Below the pieces are notes generated by a model. It saw only the letters and a program-made list of their open reading frames with translations, was not told the DNA's origin and did no database searches. A stretch of DNA of 49,752 bases, taken from contig JAAOMT010000029.1 in NCBI GenBank assembly GCA_016748015.1, positions 14,181 through 63,932 on the forward strand, read 5' to 3'. The position numbers and the translations under genes are program-made. The stretch's first letter is position 1. Each line of letters begins with the position of its first letter. Shown here piece after piece: positions 35,036 through 48,747 of this stretch. The stretch comes from Geosiphon pyriformis uo1. Lineage: Eukaryota > Fungi > Glomeromycota.

Positions 35036-37473
35036 GGCTCATAAAATCAATTGGCACAATGGAAATTAGCAGAGGTCTGCAATGGGGCATTTTAACTGTT
35101 CGCTCACAAATTGTATAACAATGGTTTACCTTATCTTTCTTCTCCGTATTAGGCTGATACCTGTATCTATTGGTAACATCATGCCTGAAGATCATAAACG
35201 CCACAAAAAGGAAGTTTCTGTCCGTTGAAAAACTTGCTTGATTCGCATCGGAATTTGCAACGTAATATCTCGAGCAAGATTATATTTTAAAGAAATTCAT
35301 CTATAACACTAAAAATAAATGGCCCCTTTCAAAACAGAACTACAGGATACAGCACGACGTTTGTTTGTTCTTTTGGACCTTAAATAAAATATGCAGGATT
35401 GTCAAATATAGTAAAACTAATACAGCTATTTGACTTTTTATATGAAAGTCTGGTTAAAAGATTGGAAGTGCGGAAATATTTGCACCCCCAAACGAAGATT
35501 ATCTTTTTTATAAACCATAATAAACAACACAAACTCCAAATATTTGTTATATACATTATTAAAAAGAACATTCTATTCCTTATGTAATAATTAATATCAA
35601 TATAATTAATGTAAAAAATTTAAATGTCCAAAATTTAAGAAATATGTTATCAAAATATAATAACTTTGAGTTTTTCAAGGAAAACATAATTTGACAGCAA
35701 TATTTGCTAATAATGCAATAACTTTTGACCAAAAAATAAGATATCAAATGTACAATTATTTGGTGTAACTTTAAATTTCAATTTTAAATATATGTTATAC
35801 AATGTGTCTACAATTTATTCAAATATACTAACCAGCATATGAACACTATAAATAATATTAAATAATAGTAGATAATGTTAATAGCACTCATAATCGTTTT
35901 ATCGTTTTTGGTGCTAATGGTTTTTTGTTTCATCTTATAAACATTCCTCTGAATTGAAAAAAAAATCTATCACATCAATTGATCTTGAAAATTTTATTCC
36001 TAGATACACGTATCACGATTTACCATTTTCATAAATATAAAGTCATATACACTTTTAGGATTTTCTAAAATGCTTGTTTTTTCACCGTAAAACTGGAATG
36101 TAAATGCAGCAAATGTAAAAAGCATTTACTAATATATATATGATAACGGAAGAAATTGAAGTTTTGCAAATGTTTTGGATCATAATTTTGAGATAAAAAT
36201 AAAAATACAATTTAGAAAGGGAGAAAGCTGTAATCAATTATATTAAGCATAAAATTTTTGCTTAACAATACCTATCAATAAAAATACTGATTAGTTGCCT
36301 AGTATTACTTATTATTTGCCCCCTTTGACATCACCTGCCGTCACCGTTTGGCCTAAAAAGTTAAGTAATAAAAGCATTTGCCTTTTTTTATTACTTTATT
36401 GTTCTAGATTTTTTTCTTTTTCTCTTCATTGTTTCAATTAAAATGGTAAATAATAAAATTACTAACTTTTTCTTGTTTTTTTCAAGTTAGTTTCTAAAAA
36501 TGGTAATGTTAAGCAAAAAAAAAAAATAACAACAGTTTGCAACAAATATCAAAAAACAGAAACCATTTTCAATTGTATATTATTAATCAAATCATTTTTA
36601 GAATAAAATTAACCAGATTTGCTTTTAATACAATAATAAAATAGATTAGAAAAAATTTGTTAAAATTTATAAAAACTTCTTTTTTTAGTAATAATTTAGC
36701 TATTTAAAGTAAACAACAGTTTTTATTAGATTATTTAAGTTTAATTTTTAATATAACAGATAAAACAATTAATTAAACATTAATTACATAAAATAAAATT
36801 CTTAAACATAATATATAGCAAAAATAAAATGTAAATACACGTTATTTTTCTTTGTTTTTGTACAGTATTATATTATGCTATTACTATTAAATAAACAAAA
36901 CTAATCTAAGTGGTTATTTTCATAACTACTTAAAGAAAAATAAGATTTATTAAAAGACCATTACTCTTTACTCACAAATTTGATGTTATTATAATTTCTT
37001 CTTTTATGGTATCAAATATAATAAACTGAAACGTGCTTAGCTGAGCAAATTATTGATTTCAACAAAAACTAATAAGAATCAGAAGTTTATATTATCATTC
37101 CAAATGAAAATAACCAAAACATCAAAGCATCTAAGATGTATAAAAATAGTTGTATTTAGCAATGCTTAGTATTGTCTATTGATATATAAATTACAATTCC
37201 ATCTGAAATTTTCAAATTTTAAGGTTGTGGATGATTGTTGCCAAATTTCATCACATTGGTCAACTCAAAGTGTAAATTGCGAATGTTTAAAATTCGGAAG
37301 TTGATTTTAATTACAAATATTTGCCTAGCTGGCCTGATAAAAATTTGGTTGTAAGCTTATTCTTAAAATCAATTTTTTTACAAATGAAACCATAGAGTAA
37401 TCTATTATTCAAATAGTTCATTAAATGTCTTTTCATGCTTTGTTTTCTTGAATAAATATCTTAATACTCATAA

Positions 37474-40400
37474 TCAAGCATCACTTTCGTTTGAGGCTAG
37501 TTTCCAATAACTACCTCGCATCTTCATCAACTCTTCATGAGTTCCCAACTCAATTATTTTTCCACCTTCAAGAAAAGCAATCTTATCAGCTTTTTTCACC
37601 GAATTTAATCGATGAGTGATCACCAAGGTTGTTCGCCCATTTCCTGCTTTATCTAACGCTTCCTGTACAATCCCTTCGTTTGTTGTATCCAGAGCACTTG
37701 TTGCCTCGTCCAAGATCAATATTTTTGGATTACGTATTAACACGCGCGCAATAGCGATGCGCTGTTTCTGTCCACCAGAAAGTTGTGATCCACCACTACC
37801 GAGTTTAGTGTTGTAACCATCAGGCAATGAAATGATAAACTCGTGAACATTGACTAGTCGAGCCGCCTCTTCGATTTCAGTTTGTGTAGCCGATTCTTTG
37901 CCATACTTGATATTTTCACTGATACTCATATCAAATAAAACTGGCTCCTGACTGACTATTCCAATTTGCTCTCGGAACCAGTGAAGATCCATCTCATGAA
38001 TGCTGTGATAGTCAAGCAGTAGATGTCCACTTGTTGGCATATAAAGCCGTTGTAGTAAGGCTGCAATTGTGGATTTACCACTTCCACTATAGAAAAAAGT
38101 CATGAGAATACATAATTAAACATTTAGGGTACTTTCGAAATTCTTACCTTGTTCCAACTAGTGCCACCGTTTTTCCTGGCATAACATTTAAGGTAAAGCC
38201 TTTCAAGATCAAATTTTCCGGCCTTTCAGGGTATGTGAAATAAATATTCTTGAATGTAAGATTCCCTTGTACTTTTTCAGGCTTAATACCACCTTTTGGT
38301 GGTGTAGGAAGACTCATAATCTGACAAAGGGCTTTTCCGGCTTGTTTGCTCCTTGCAAAATAGGGTACTAAAGAATATAATTTTTACAAAATTAATACTT
38401 GTGGGTCAGAAAGTTAAGGAATTAGAAAAACAATTACTTGTAGTTAGAATAGTGCTAGCGGAAGTTGTGCAAAATATTATCAGAGTCCATACAGTCAGCA
38501 TTCTCTTCAAATCATAAGTTCCTTCAGAAACTAGGTGGCCTCCATAGTAAAAGGTAATCGCTGAATGGCATGGGGTTAAACGAAATAAATAATAAGTAGA
38601 AATTTTTTTATATCATCTTTTCCAATTCCAAAATTATTTTTACCTTTTGTAAAATAGCCTAAAGCCTCCAACATTCCAGAGCATAGGCCACAAATTAAAG
38701 CTTTCCGCATGCCAATATTGTAGGGTTTTTGGAGAGCCAAATTAAATTTTTTTTGCATCGCCGATTCTATTGACAATGAGTAAACAGTTCTAACACTTGA
38801 CATAGTCTTGCAAAAAAAAATAGGAAGAGCTTCAAATTAAGGCAAGCTAAGCCGGGATTTTAAAAATGGGAAGGAGTAAAGTTAGAGACACAAACTTGGT
38901 AAAAGGCATTAGCGGCATCTTCTCCTGCAAGCTTCCGTTTCTTTTCATGTCGTTGCAAAATAAAACCTTGAAATTTAGCAGCCAAAAGTATAACAGGAAC
39001 CATTGCCAATCCAACTAATGTTAATTTCCAGCCAATTGCAAAGGCCCAGCCTATCCCAACGAATAGTGAGAACACGACAAATACAATACTTCCAGCAAAA
39101 TGCCCAACGAGATTTTTAGCAGAATCGGTGTCATTTATCAACATGGTAGTCAGCTTCCCAGTGGCACTTTCTGATTTATCAAAAAATGCTTGTGATTGAC
39201 ATAAAATACGACCAAAGCAAAGATGGCGTAATTTAATTGCCCATTTTTCGGAAGAAATTTCTAATAGATAGTATTTAAGATGTGCTGATATACCGTTGCC
39301 TACAGCAATTAATAAAACTATCAGAGCCCAATTTCGTGCTTGACTCTCCAATTTATTTTTGTCTGGAAGGGCATATGTCGTCAACAGTTCTGAAAGTACA
39401 TAAGAAAATGTCGGCATCACGCACCCATTAACTATTGCTGCCAATAAACCAAAGGTATAAACTAGCTTATTTTCCATTGTTTCTTTTAAAAGTTGCAAAA
39501 AACTCATACGAATTTTGTATTGGGAAATGAAAGATGTTTCATGAGGACTTGATATCTTAATATCTATTGGATTTCCGGGTGTTTCGTCGATTTCATCATA
39601 ATAGCTTAAGATACCAAAATATGAAATTCGATTTTCATTTCGCTTTGTGAGAGAAGCTGTTGCACTTTGACTAAGAACGTCCATCACACTTTTATCTACA
39701 TAATCTTCGTATACTGATTGACGCCACCCGGTCCGTGTCGCCATGCTCAGAGACCTTTGCAGAAGTCCGGCCGATGTTGAAAGGTCTATTGATTGGTAAT
39801 CAATAATCTGTTTATATGGAAGAGATGACGATCTCTTGAGCCTTCGATCAACAGCTTGAAGTTGTTTCGTACGTTGTTTAGTTTGAGATATTTCAGGCTT
39901 TTTGGCAAGCATGTAAAAATGACTCAATTCATTAGCCATTAATTCTTTTTTTGTTCCATATTCCACAACTTCGCCTTTTTCAATAACATAAACAAGATCC
40001 GTGTCTTTAACATGTGATAATTGATGTGTTATCACTAATGTAGTCCTGCCTTGACGGCAATTATCCAAAGCATTCTGTACTTTTTGATCGGATGCCATAT
40101 CAAGCGCGCTTGATGCTTCGTCTAAAGAAAACCGAAAATTAATTGGCTATTGGTTACAAAAAAACAATAATGAATTTTTCATTGACAAACCGAGAATAAG
40201 AATAGTTGGATCTTTGATTAATGCTCGAGCTATTGCAATCCTTTGCTTTTGACCACCGGAAAGTTGCTTTGCTTTGTCGCCTAAATGGGTCTGATATCTT
40301 TCGGGAAGAGTAAGAATAAAATCATGGACACACGCAACTTCACAAGCAGCGACAACCTCTTCATATGTGACATTCCAATAATCAGCCTGAAAGAATAATT

Positions 40401-42548
40401 CCTTCTTATTAAAGTTCTTACTGGTAAAAAGCAAGAAAAAACTTAAAAACCTACCCTTCCATAAGCGATATTTTGAAATATTGTGTCATCAAAAAGAATC
40501 GGTTCCTGACTTACAACGCCTAGTTGCTGACGAAGCCATTCAGTATTTAAGATTCCAATTTCCCGGCCATCTAATGTTACTAAACCTTCTTTCGTTTCAT
40601 AGAGGCGCTGAATAAGCTGGGCAACGGTTGACTTTCCTGATCCACTTTGACCAACCAAAACTGTTGTCTTCCCAGCGGGAATTAGGATATCCACATTTTT
40701 TAAAACCAAGGTGTCCGGGCGGCTAGGATATGCAAAACTAACTTGCTGAAGTTCAATGTTTCCTTCACACTTGCCTAGTCTGAAACCGCGGAGAGCTTCT
40801 AAATCCAAAATCGCTACTTTTTCCAATAATTTATTTATGGCACGAACAGCATTTTTTGCCCGTGAGAAATATGCTAGTAAAGGTAGTATACTTTTAATCG
40901 CGGTTGCCGCTAACAAACATGAGTAAAAAACGCTCAGTACGTCTCCAGGAGATAATTTTTTATTGGCGACCAAGATCGCGCCAAACCAAAAGCCTTGCAC
41001 AAACAATGATAACAGAATAAATTGCATCAGCCCTGTGCGAAGTGCAAATGTCCATGCGAGACTTCCTGAGACGCTATCGGCTTCTCGCAAGCATTCTAAA
41101 TGTCTTTGCTCTTCTTTTTCTTCTCCGTTAAAAATTTTTATTGTCCTAATAGCAGATAAAGAATACTCGAGAATGTTTCCAGCTTTCAAAAAGATCGATC
41201 TTTCCTTCTTTATGAGTGGAGTAGCCGCTTTGGAAGTAAAAATCAATGATCCCAATAAAAAAGGGATAGATCCCATTATTACCAGAGTTAACTGATAGTT
41301 CTTGTAGAAAGCCAATAAAAGACATCCGATAACTGTTGTGAGGTATTGAATTGTAAGTCCAAGATTTTCAGATAAAGCATTTTGAACATCTTCTGCATCC
41401 CTACCCACGAGTGAACAAAAAGAGAGATTGTTAGCAACAAAAAATTAGTTTATGCCAAGTTGAAAAATGATATTTGCTTACTTGTTTAGACTAGTTAGTA
41501 ATCCACCAGAAGTTACATCATCCATCTCAAAATACCCGATACCCATCCTGAGTAATGACTGAAAATAGATCTCGCGCATCTTCTTTGTCTGTCTTTCAGC
41601 TGTCCACATCCATATAAAATTCATTAGAGCTGATAAGAAAAAGGTTCCCACACTGAGGCTTACGAAATTCATCGCTAATTCATTTATTTTAGTCTGAAAT
41701 ACAGTTTTGGTAATAACTCCACTTTGTTGTTCCGTGAATACATTGAATAAATGTCCTAAAAATTGTGTCATCAAGGGAATAACGAGACCACTTGAAATAC
41801 TGAAAAAGGATGCCAACATAATCAGTAAATAGTCGAAAGGACTCGCGAAGCGAAAGATATGAAAAAAAGAGGTTGAACTATGACTGAGAGGAGCATGGTG
41901 AACAGGTTTATATATGCTTTGTTTTCGAACTCCTCCAATTCCAGTTTTAGATATAGGATAGTTGGAATCATTTGGTTCCACATATTTGAGGTTTGAATCC
42001 GAGTGTAGATTTTGATTTGAATTATTTGTTGAAGAAAATATTGAAGTTTTTTCTGTTGATGCTACACTCAAATTGATATTACTACCGTTCGAATGGAATG
42101 TAGTATTTCGTCTTTGTCGTGGTTGTGTTTTTGTGGTTTCAAGGTCAGTAGAAGACATGTAGGTTTTCATATTTATTGAAATTTCACTCCCATTATGTCG
42201 ACCAGTTGTCATCCCAAGAGTAATATTAACATTATTGCTATTAAGCTCTTCATTTACTCCCGCTGTTGCTGCCACAGCTGGTGAGGGTCGAAAATGTAAA
42301 GCTTGAGGTGGCTGTAAGTTAAAAGAAGGCATTGATGTATATTCTAAAGTTTCTGTTGAATCCACTAAAGTGTCATTATTGGTGCTAGTCAAAGAATCAA
42401 CCAGTGACTCTCGATGAGTTACAGAAGACTCGGGCACATTTTCCTGATTCATCTCTATTTCCTCTTGAGTTTCTTGGTTCAAAAAGTATTCTTGAGGATT
42501 GCTGCCAGCATAAGCAGTAGATTTTTGATCTGTCCAGTTTTTTCCCAT
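37474..42548 (-). CDS. STE6: Full-length ABCB exporter, Ste6/Mam1 (a-factor pheromone exporter)-like, multi-exon
   Basis: TMD-NBD-TMD-NBD. NBD1: [35 protein letters not shown]2: [32 protein letters not shown]. The TMD1 motif LFVQGFWFG resembles the Ste6/Mam1 subgroup. The ABCB call is firm; Ste6 orthology is an inference. Confidence 0.85.
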
Positions 42549-43277
42549 TCCTCCAGAGAGTAAGAATTTTGATTTAAAAAGTAAACTAATTTTTGGATCG
42601 TTGGATAAAAAGTTATAAAATTTCTACTAACTGAAATAATTTGAGAAAAATAATGAACTATTGGTTGAAACTCTATTAAAAGCAAAAATGAGAAGTTTCT
42701 GAATATGTCTCAAAGAGCCTTAGAAACAGATCTAATAATGAAATGAACAATAGCCGTTCATTTAACATCTTTTCAATTCAAGGACAATGCCAGAGTGTTG
42801 TACCATTTTCAACCAGTTTCACTGCTGCGGGATGTTACTCGAAAAAATGGTTAGACTTATATCTCTCCTAATATAGGATCAGTTAATAATTCATTGCAAC
42901 GTGGATCAAACTACAATTCTAGTATTCACATAGGCATTGTCCACTATTCTTGTTGCTGACAACAATCATCTTTATTACCATTGGTCGTTTGATATTGTAA
43001 CATTCATTCCTGATGGTTTAAGTTCCCATTCATCCAGTTTAGTCTAAAGTATTCCCACCTGTATTGACCAGATACATCATCAGCAGTTTCTATATTTTCT
43101 CAAATCATTAAACTTTAACCTATAAATCATGTTTCCACTTTTAATTTTTTTTAAATCGCAGGGATATGTTTTAAATTTATTGAATACGAAGATATGCCTC
43201 AAAAGCTTGTTTTTTTAGCCAAAAATAAAAGCTCATAGGTTTAATATTAGAAAGTTATAGATGAAAAATGAGTTTCA

Positions 43278-44914
43278 TTAAGCTAATGATTCCCTTTCAG
43301 TAACTTCATTGAGGTCTTTTTCCTTTTTTTCAATGATTTTAAGTTCCGGAGCCGGGTAAATATAATATATGGTACATCCAATCATTGTACAAGCGTAAGA
43401 GATTGGGTATAAAGAATTCATCTGAAATTAAAAAAAATTTAAGAATTTTATTAGCAGACAACAGAGAAATAGTATTTAAAAAAGTTTTTGAACAAACCTT
43501 ATAATTGTACAAATACAAGCCGAAAAATAAGCCATAAACATCACTGGTGAGTAAAGAAAGATTAAAAAATGTTGCCGAGGAGAATCGCAAGAACTGAGGA
43601 GTTGTAGAGTACAAAAGAAACATTGCAATCGAGTAAGCAGTAATGAAGCCGACTATAATATATTTGATATGAAAGATACTCTTTATGATTAAAAATAAAG
43701 AACATGAAGAAAAATGAATGATTTACCCAGCCCTGGGCTCCATGTTATATCGAGTAATTCTTTTCGCTCAAGAATTAGCCTTGAATGATAAAAGGAAAAA
43801 AAGTTTTAGCTTAGGAAAAGTTCAAAAAGTTCAAAATTTTAAGGGTTCAAGTATTTACAGTTGTGCGGTAGTTAGAACAGATCCCCAGAGGCCTAATTGC
43901 CCAAGGATTTCCCAAATTGGAAATTGGCTGACTAGCCATTCTTCGCCAACAACGGAAAGAGCATAAAAAGTAGCTCCTACTATGCAAAAAATATCACCTT
44001 TCACATAATCAGTGCCCCCTATATGTATAAAATGAGTGAGAATCTTTAAAAATTTTTTGCATAAACCATCGCTTCAGGTCTTGGATATGAAACTTTTTTT
44101 CATACTTACCAAAATTAGAACTTCTTTTTGTATCAAAGTCACCTTTGATCACTGTAACAATCCCTGCTACGCATATCAAGATTCCCAAGTATTGGCTCCA
44201 ATGATATGTAACTTTCAGTAAGATTATTGAAAGTACAACAACCACTGGTATACCTGTAGCATCAAGTATTTGAATTGATAATAAGGAGGTGAATTGATAT
44301 GCTTTTAGAGCAAAAAAATTTCCCTGTAGATCAACCAAGGCAAGTAGAAAGTCTGTAATTCAAAAAAAAAAAAGGCTGAATTTTGAGAGTGCCTAAATCT
44401 TAAACTTGGAAATGAACCTAGAATAATTTGACTATATCTAACTGGCTGTTTAAATATGAAAATCTTTTCATTAACCACAATTTTTATGTTTTGTCATATA
44501 CTTACATTGCCAACCTCTCTTTCTCATGATGCCAATCCATTCCCTTAAACCAAGTTTCTTTAGTGAGACAGAGGTAAAAAAGATCCCTAATAAGATATAA
44601 TTCAATAAATTTTGGGTAGTCGGGATATTGACATTAAATCGTGTTGGAATTTCAATACTAGTGATTGTTATAGCAGTAAGGCAGAATGACAAGAATTGTC
44701 CAAAAAGAAAAACAAATAAGAAGCGTTTGGTCAGTATAAATGAGAATTTTTCACGCCAAGTATTTTTGTCAAGTAGAGGTGTGTGATTATTGCAATTATA
44801 TATAGGATTGGTAGAATTGTCTTTCTGTAAGGATTCGAGTGAATGTGGAACTTCCATGACGGCTTGATCTTTTTCTGATTTAATAATTCTGTCAAGTGTT
44901 CCCGACGACATCAT
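43278..44914 (-). CDS. SLC35F1/F2-family (DUF914) DMT transporter, multi-exon
   Basis: Motifs: LFGQFLSFCLT, IPTTQNLLNYILL, VDLQGNFFALKAYQFTSLLSIQILD, FLLYSTTPQFLRFSSATFFNLSLLTSDVYGL. Last exon MNSLYPISYACTMIG...ERESLA* with stop at 43278. Confidence 0.9.
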
Positions 44915-47900
44915 TTAATCATGGTTTTGACCCTGAAATTGTTTTCATTTGCAATTTTTGATCAATTAAATATTTTTGATTTTATTCTTATTAGATAGAT
45001 AAGTTTTATGTTTATTCAATTATAAAAATCAACATAGGAAAGATCTAAGCCTCAAGAAAAGTTAGGATGAGCCGGTCTTTTGATCTATCCATTCATGATA
45101 ACCGTAAATATTCCCCCCTCAACCTTTTTGTCTTGAAGTAATATGAAAAATTAAAATTTCCTTTCATTAGATACCAATGGGCTTTATTTTAAGAAGTCGG
45201 GCATTTAAATTATAATGCAAGATGCTTATATTCAATAATCCACTGCCTGGAGAAGATATTAATTAGTAACTTTAATGTTTCTGAAAATTGCCTATTATGG
45301 TGATTTTTAAGTTTTGACGTAAGAACACCCAGTTCACAAACATGAAAGATTTTTCCCCGATTTTGAGCAAAAACTCGTGTGCAGTTTATCAAGGATTGAT
45401 TTCTTTACATTTATAAACCTGTTAAATATGCTTTTAACTGAAATATTGATAACTCCTCAAATGGATGATCAAATCAATTACTTTTTTAAAATTTTTTATA
45501 TACGCTCTAAGACAAAATACAAAATATCCCTGAAGATTTGTTTTGATAAATTAATTATGTAAGCCATTGATATAATACAAAGAATTTTTTTTGAATATTT
45601 CAATATCTTTATTTATATCTAATTTGTATATGTGCATTTGAAACTATATTATTACTAACATTACCCTTTTTTTTCAGAAAAGATGAAACTGTTTATGGCG
45701 ATTATTATCACGTTTCATTTGAAGCCTGCAGGGTTTGTAGAATTGTAATTGGTACATTTAATATTTTCTCAGCTTATGATGACAGATAAAAACCTCTGTC
45801 TGCTATTTATGTCATTCAAGAAAGTATTAACTTTCTTTAATAATCAAAATGGGACACTATATCTATTTTCATAATAAGGATGGTTTTATCAATATTAAAT
45901 TTATTTCTTAAGGTTCAATGGTTGAGGATTTTATATTGATTATTATTGAATTTATTTAATTAAAAGAAATAGTATAATTGACTGGTAATAAATTTAGGAA
46001 AGCCAAACATGCATTTAAATCGTGTAGGAATATTAAATGGTCATTTAATGTTCCCATATTTTTTAATATTTCTGCAAGTCTAATTCCAGAGTCTTAATTG
46101 ACATCAGGCATTCAAAACATTGGGTGAATTCTTCTAATTGTCCAAAAATAGATCTCGAAAAAATTTATTGTAAAAATAACCAAGACAATAGACCATTGAA
46201 TTTACCTAATTTGAATTTAGCTTGTCTTTAGGAAAATTACATAAAAAAACCATAATAAAATTTTATGGTTAATTATTTAAGTTCAATATCTATTTTTCTA
46301 ATATTAAAGCCAAAATTTTTCTTTACTTAATGACTAACTTCGGGAAGAATTCACGAGTTGTCGTTTTGAAATAAAATTTCCAAATCACTACATTGTTTCC
46401 ACTATAGATTTTAATCGGAATTGAGTTTTTAGTAACGAAAAACAAGATCTTAAAGAATTTAAAAATACTTATATTTAATCAATATCTTTTACTTTTATTC
46501 TCAAGATTAGACTTATTCTATGAATTTAATAAACCGATATTATAAACCCAAAATATTCATTTTTTACTTTTGCATAATTTCTGTGATTTTTAAGTAAGCA
46601 ATGCAAAAATTCTATATATTACTAGAATTTTTGATATATAAAAATCAAAAATAATATATTCAAATTGTTTAAAATAGGGATTTGGTTAATGGTAGGTTAT
46701 AAAAAAATTGTAACTTCTCCAAAAATATTCATTGCTTAAAAAAATTATTTTACAAAGGTTTGATTTGAAATGAATTGTTTTTAATTAATCATAGATTATA
46801 ATATAAATATAAATGCAAAAAAATTCAAATTCAAATATTTACTTCAATACTTTTAAAAATAAATGAGAACATGAGCTGAGAATAATTCTTGTAAAAATTT
46901 TCTTGACAGCTAATAAAAACATTTATTCTATACTTGAAGTGATTAAATGAATTTATATAATAAAATTTTATTATTAGATTTGGCAAAATTGATCTATAAT
47001 TGTAAATAGAATTTTGTTGACTACAAATTTCAAATCATTTTTTCTGCTATAAAACCATCATTTATATTTATTGTATCAAATGCTAATTATTCTTTATTCT
47101 TTATTCAAAATACAAAAAAGCTTTACACCTGTTTCTTGAAACGTTTGAATAAAGGTTTTATTTTCAAAATCTATTTGATTTGATGGCTCATTATAAGGTC
47201 CGAATCATTCAATTTTTTGAGTAAATATAAATATCTTTAATTATCTGTTCGATGGTGCATGTGTTCCAAGATAATTGCTATTTAGAGATGATTATCTTAA
47301 GGAGTAAAATTTAAAGCATTCTTTTGACGAGAAAACTAGCTGTTCTTTAAGTGGAAACCTAGTTTAGCTTTATATCTGTTTATTATTATAATTACTATTG
47401 CTAAACAATTCTTAGTTTTTTAAATAACTTTATTGTGTCTGATTTTTTAAACCTTTAATAATACCAAAGTTGGCAAAGATTTATAATCAAATTTGTTTGT
47501 TTACATTTAATTTAATGTAACTATAATAATTTTTTGTAATTTATATTTTACATAAAACTTAAGATTTGCAAATTTGCAAATTTTTATTGTGATTAAGCAT
47601 TAGTTATATCTTTCTACTAAAATGCCACATTTATAAAAACGCGGGAGAAAGTTATGGCGCCAAACGTTTTTCGCAAAATTTGTCGCGCTACCTACCTCCT
47701 TGCGAAAAAGGCCGACGCGTAAATGTTATTTTTTGGCTACCCCTAATGTCACACAACCTCTCATTTATTCCTGCCTCACTCATTTACCTTTTTATCTATT
47801 TTTTCATCTACATAATATACCCTAACACCGTAAAATCAAACGGTGAAGTCATAAGTACTTTGACACAATGGTCACCACAATACAAGATTTTTATGACCAA

Positions 47901-48747
47901 ATAATAGGTATCCTTCTTTTTTTCCTAGAATTGAAATATTCTCGAATAGATTAGAAATAGTTTATTTGCTAAAAAATTAATGTAGATGATATTTGTATAA
48001 AATTACCGCAAATAACTCCAATTATTTCACGGAATTTAAATTTGACCTCCCGTATATTGATAAATCTGATAGAGGTTAATAGCTCTCGGCAAACATTCAA
48101 ATATTAGAAATACATCATGTTTTTAATTAATATTTTTTTTTGTGGCAGCTATAAAACGACAAGGTGATACATTGCAAAAATCGGAAAAGGTTTAATAATT
48201 GTTGCATTTTTATTCAACAAGGATTTATCATTCAAACAATTCATTATACTTTTAACGAAGCAAAATTCACTATCAGTAATAAAAGATTGTGAAAGCCTGA
48301 ATCCAATTTAAGAAAATAGGCAGTGACCCCGACTATTCCAATTCTGATCAGAGTTTTATTTACAATTCCAAATTTGGTGTCATATTTTCGTTTAATAGGA
48401 GCTAAGCCTCAGTTTTCATGGCTAATATTGATATGTGCCCTTTCATTAAGTTTCCTTTATTCAGGATTTTAGATGCTTAAATCTTCATTTTGTGCCGTAT
48501 ATGAAAACAAAAAAATACAGGGAAATTTTATTGACGAGGCTTTTTCGATCAAATATGGTGCCTCCATACTATAGGGAAATTCGCGTATGTGGGGCTGCTT
48601 ATATGATCATTTCTCTTATCATCTGAATGGTTTAAAAAAAAGCTTTTTGACAATGTGCTGCTGCACCATTTAGAAGCCATTTATATACCTATAAGCTCGT
48701 AGGGTATCCCGTTTCTAAAAATTTTGAAAAATTAGAAACAGCAGAAA

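Noticed and set aside
35980-36600. Cys-rich fragments (KLECKCSKCKK; VCNKYQKTETI) hinting at transposase or LINE zinc fingers
   Set aside because: Too short and isolated to assign; no supporting catalytic motifs found.
26699-42548. Lipase + App1 phosphatase + ABCB as a lipid-metabolism gene cluster
   Set aside because: The genes are separated by kb-scale AT-rich spacers and an unrelated Sel1 gene, with no shared motif seen; chance adjacency suffices without synteny data.
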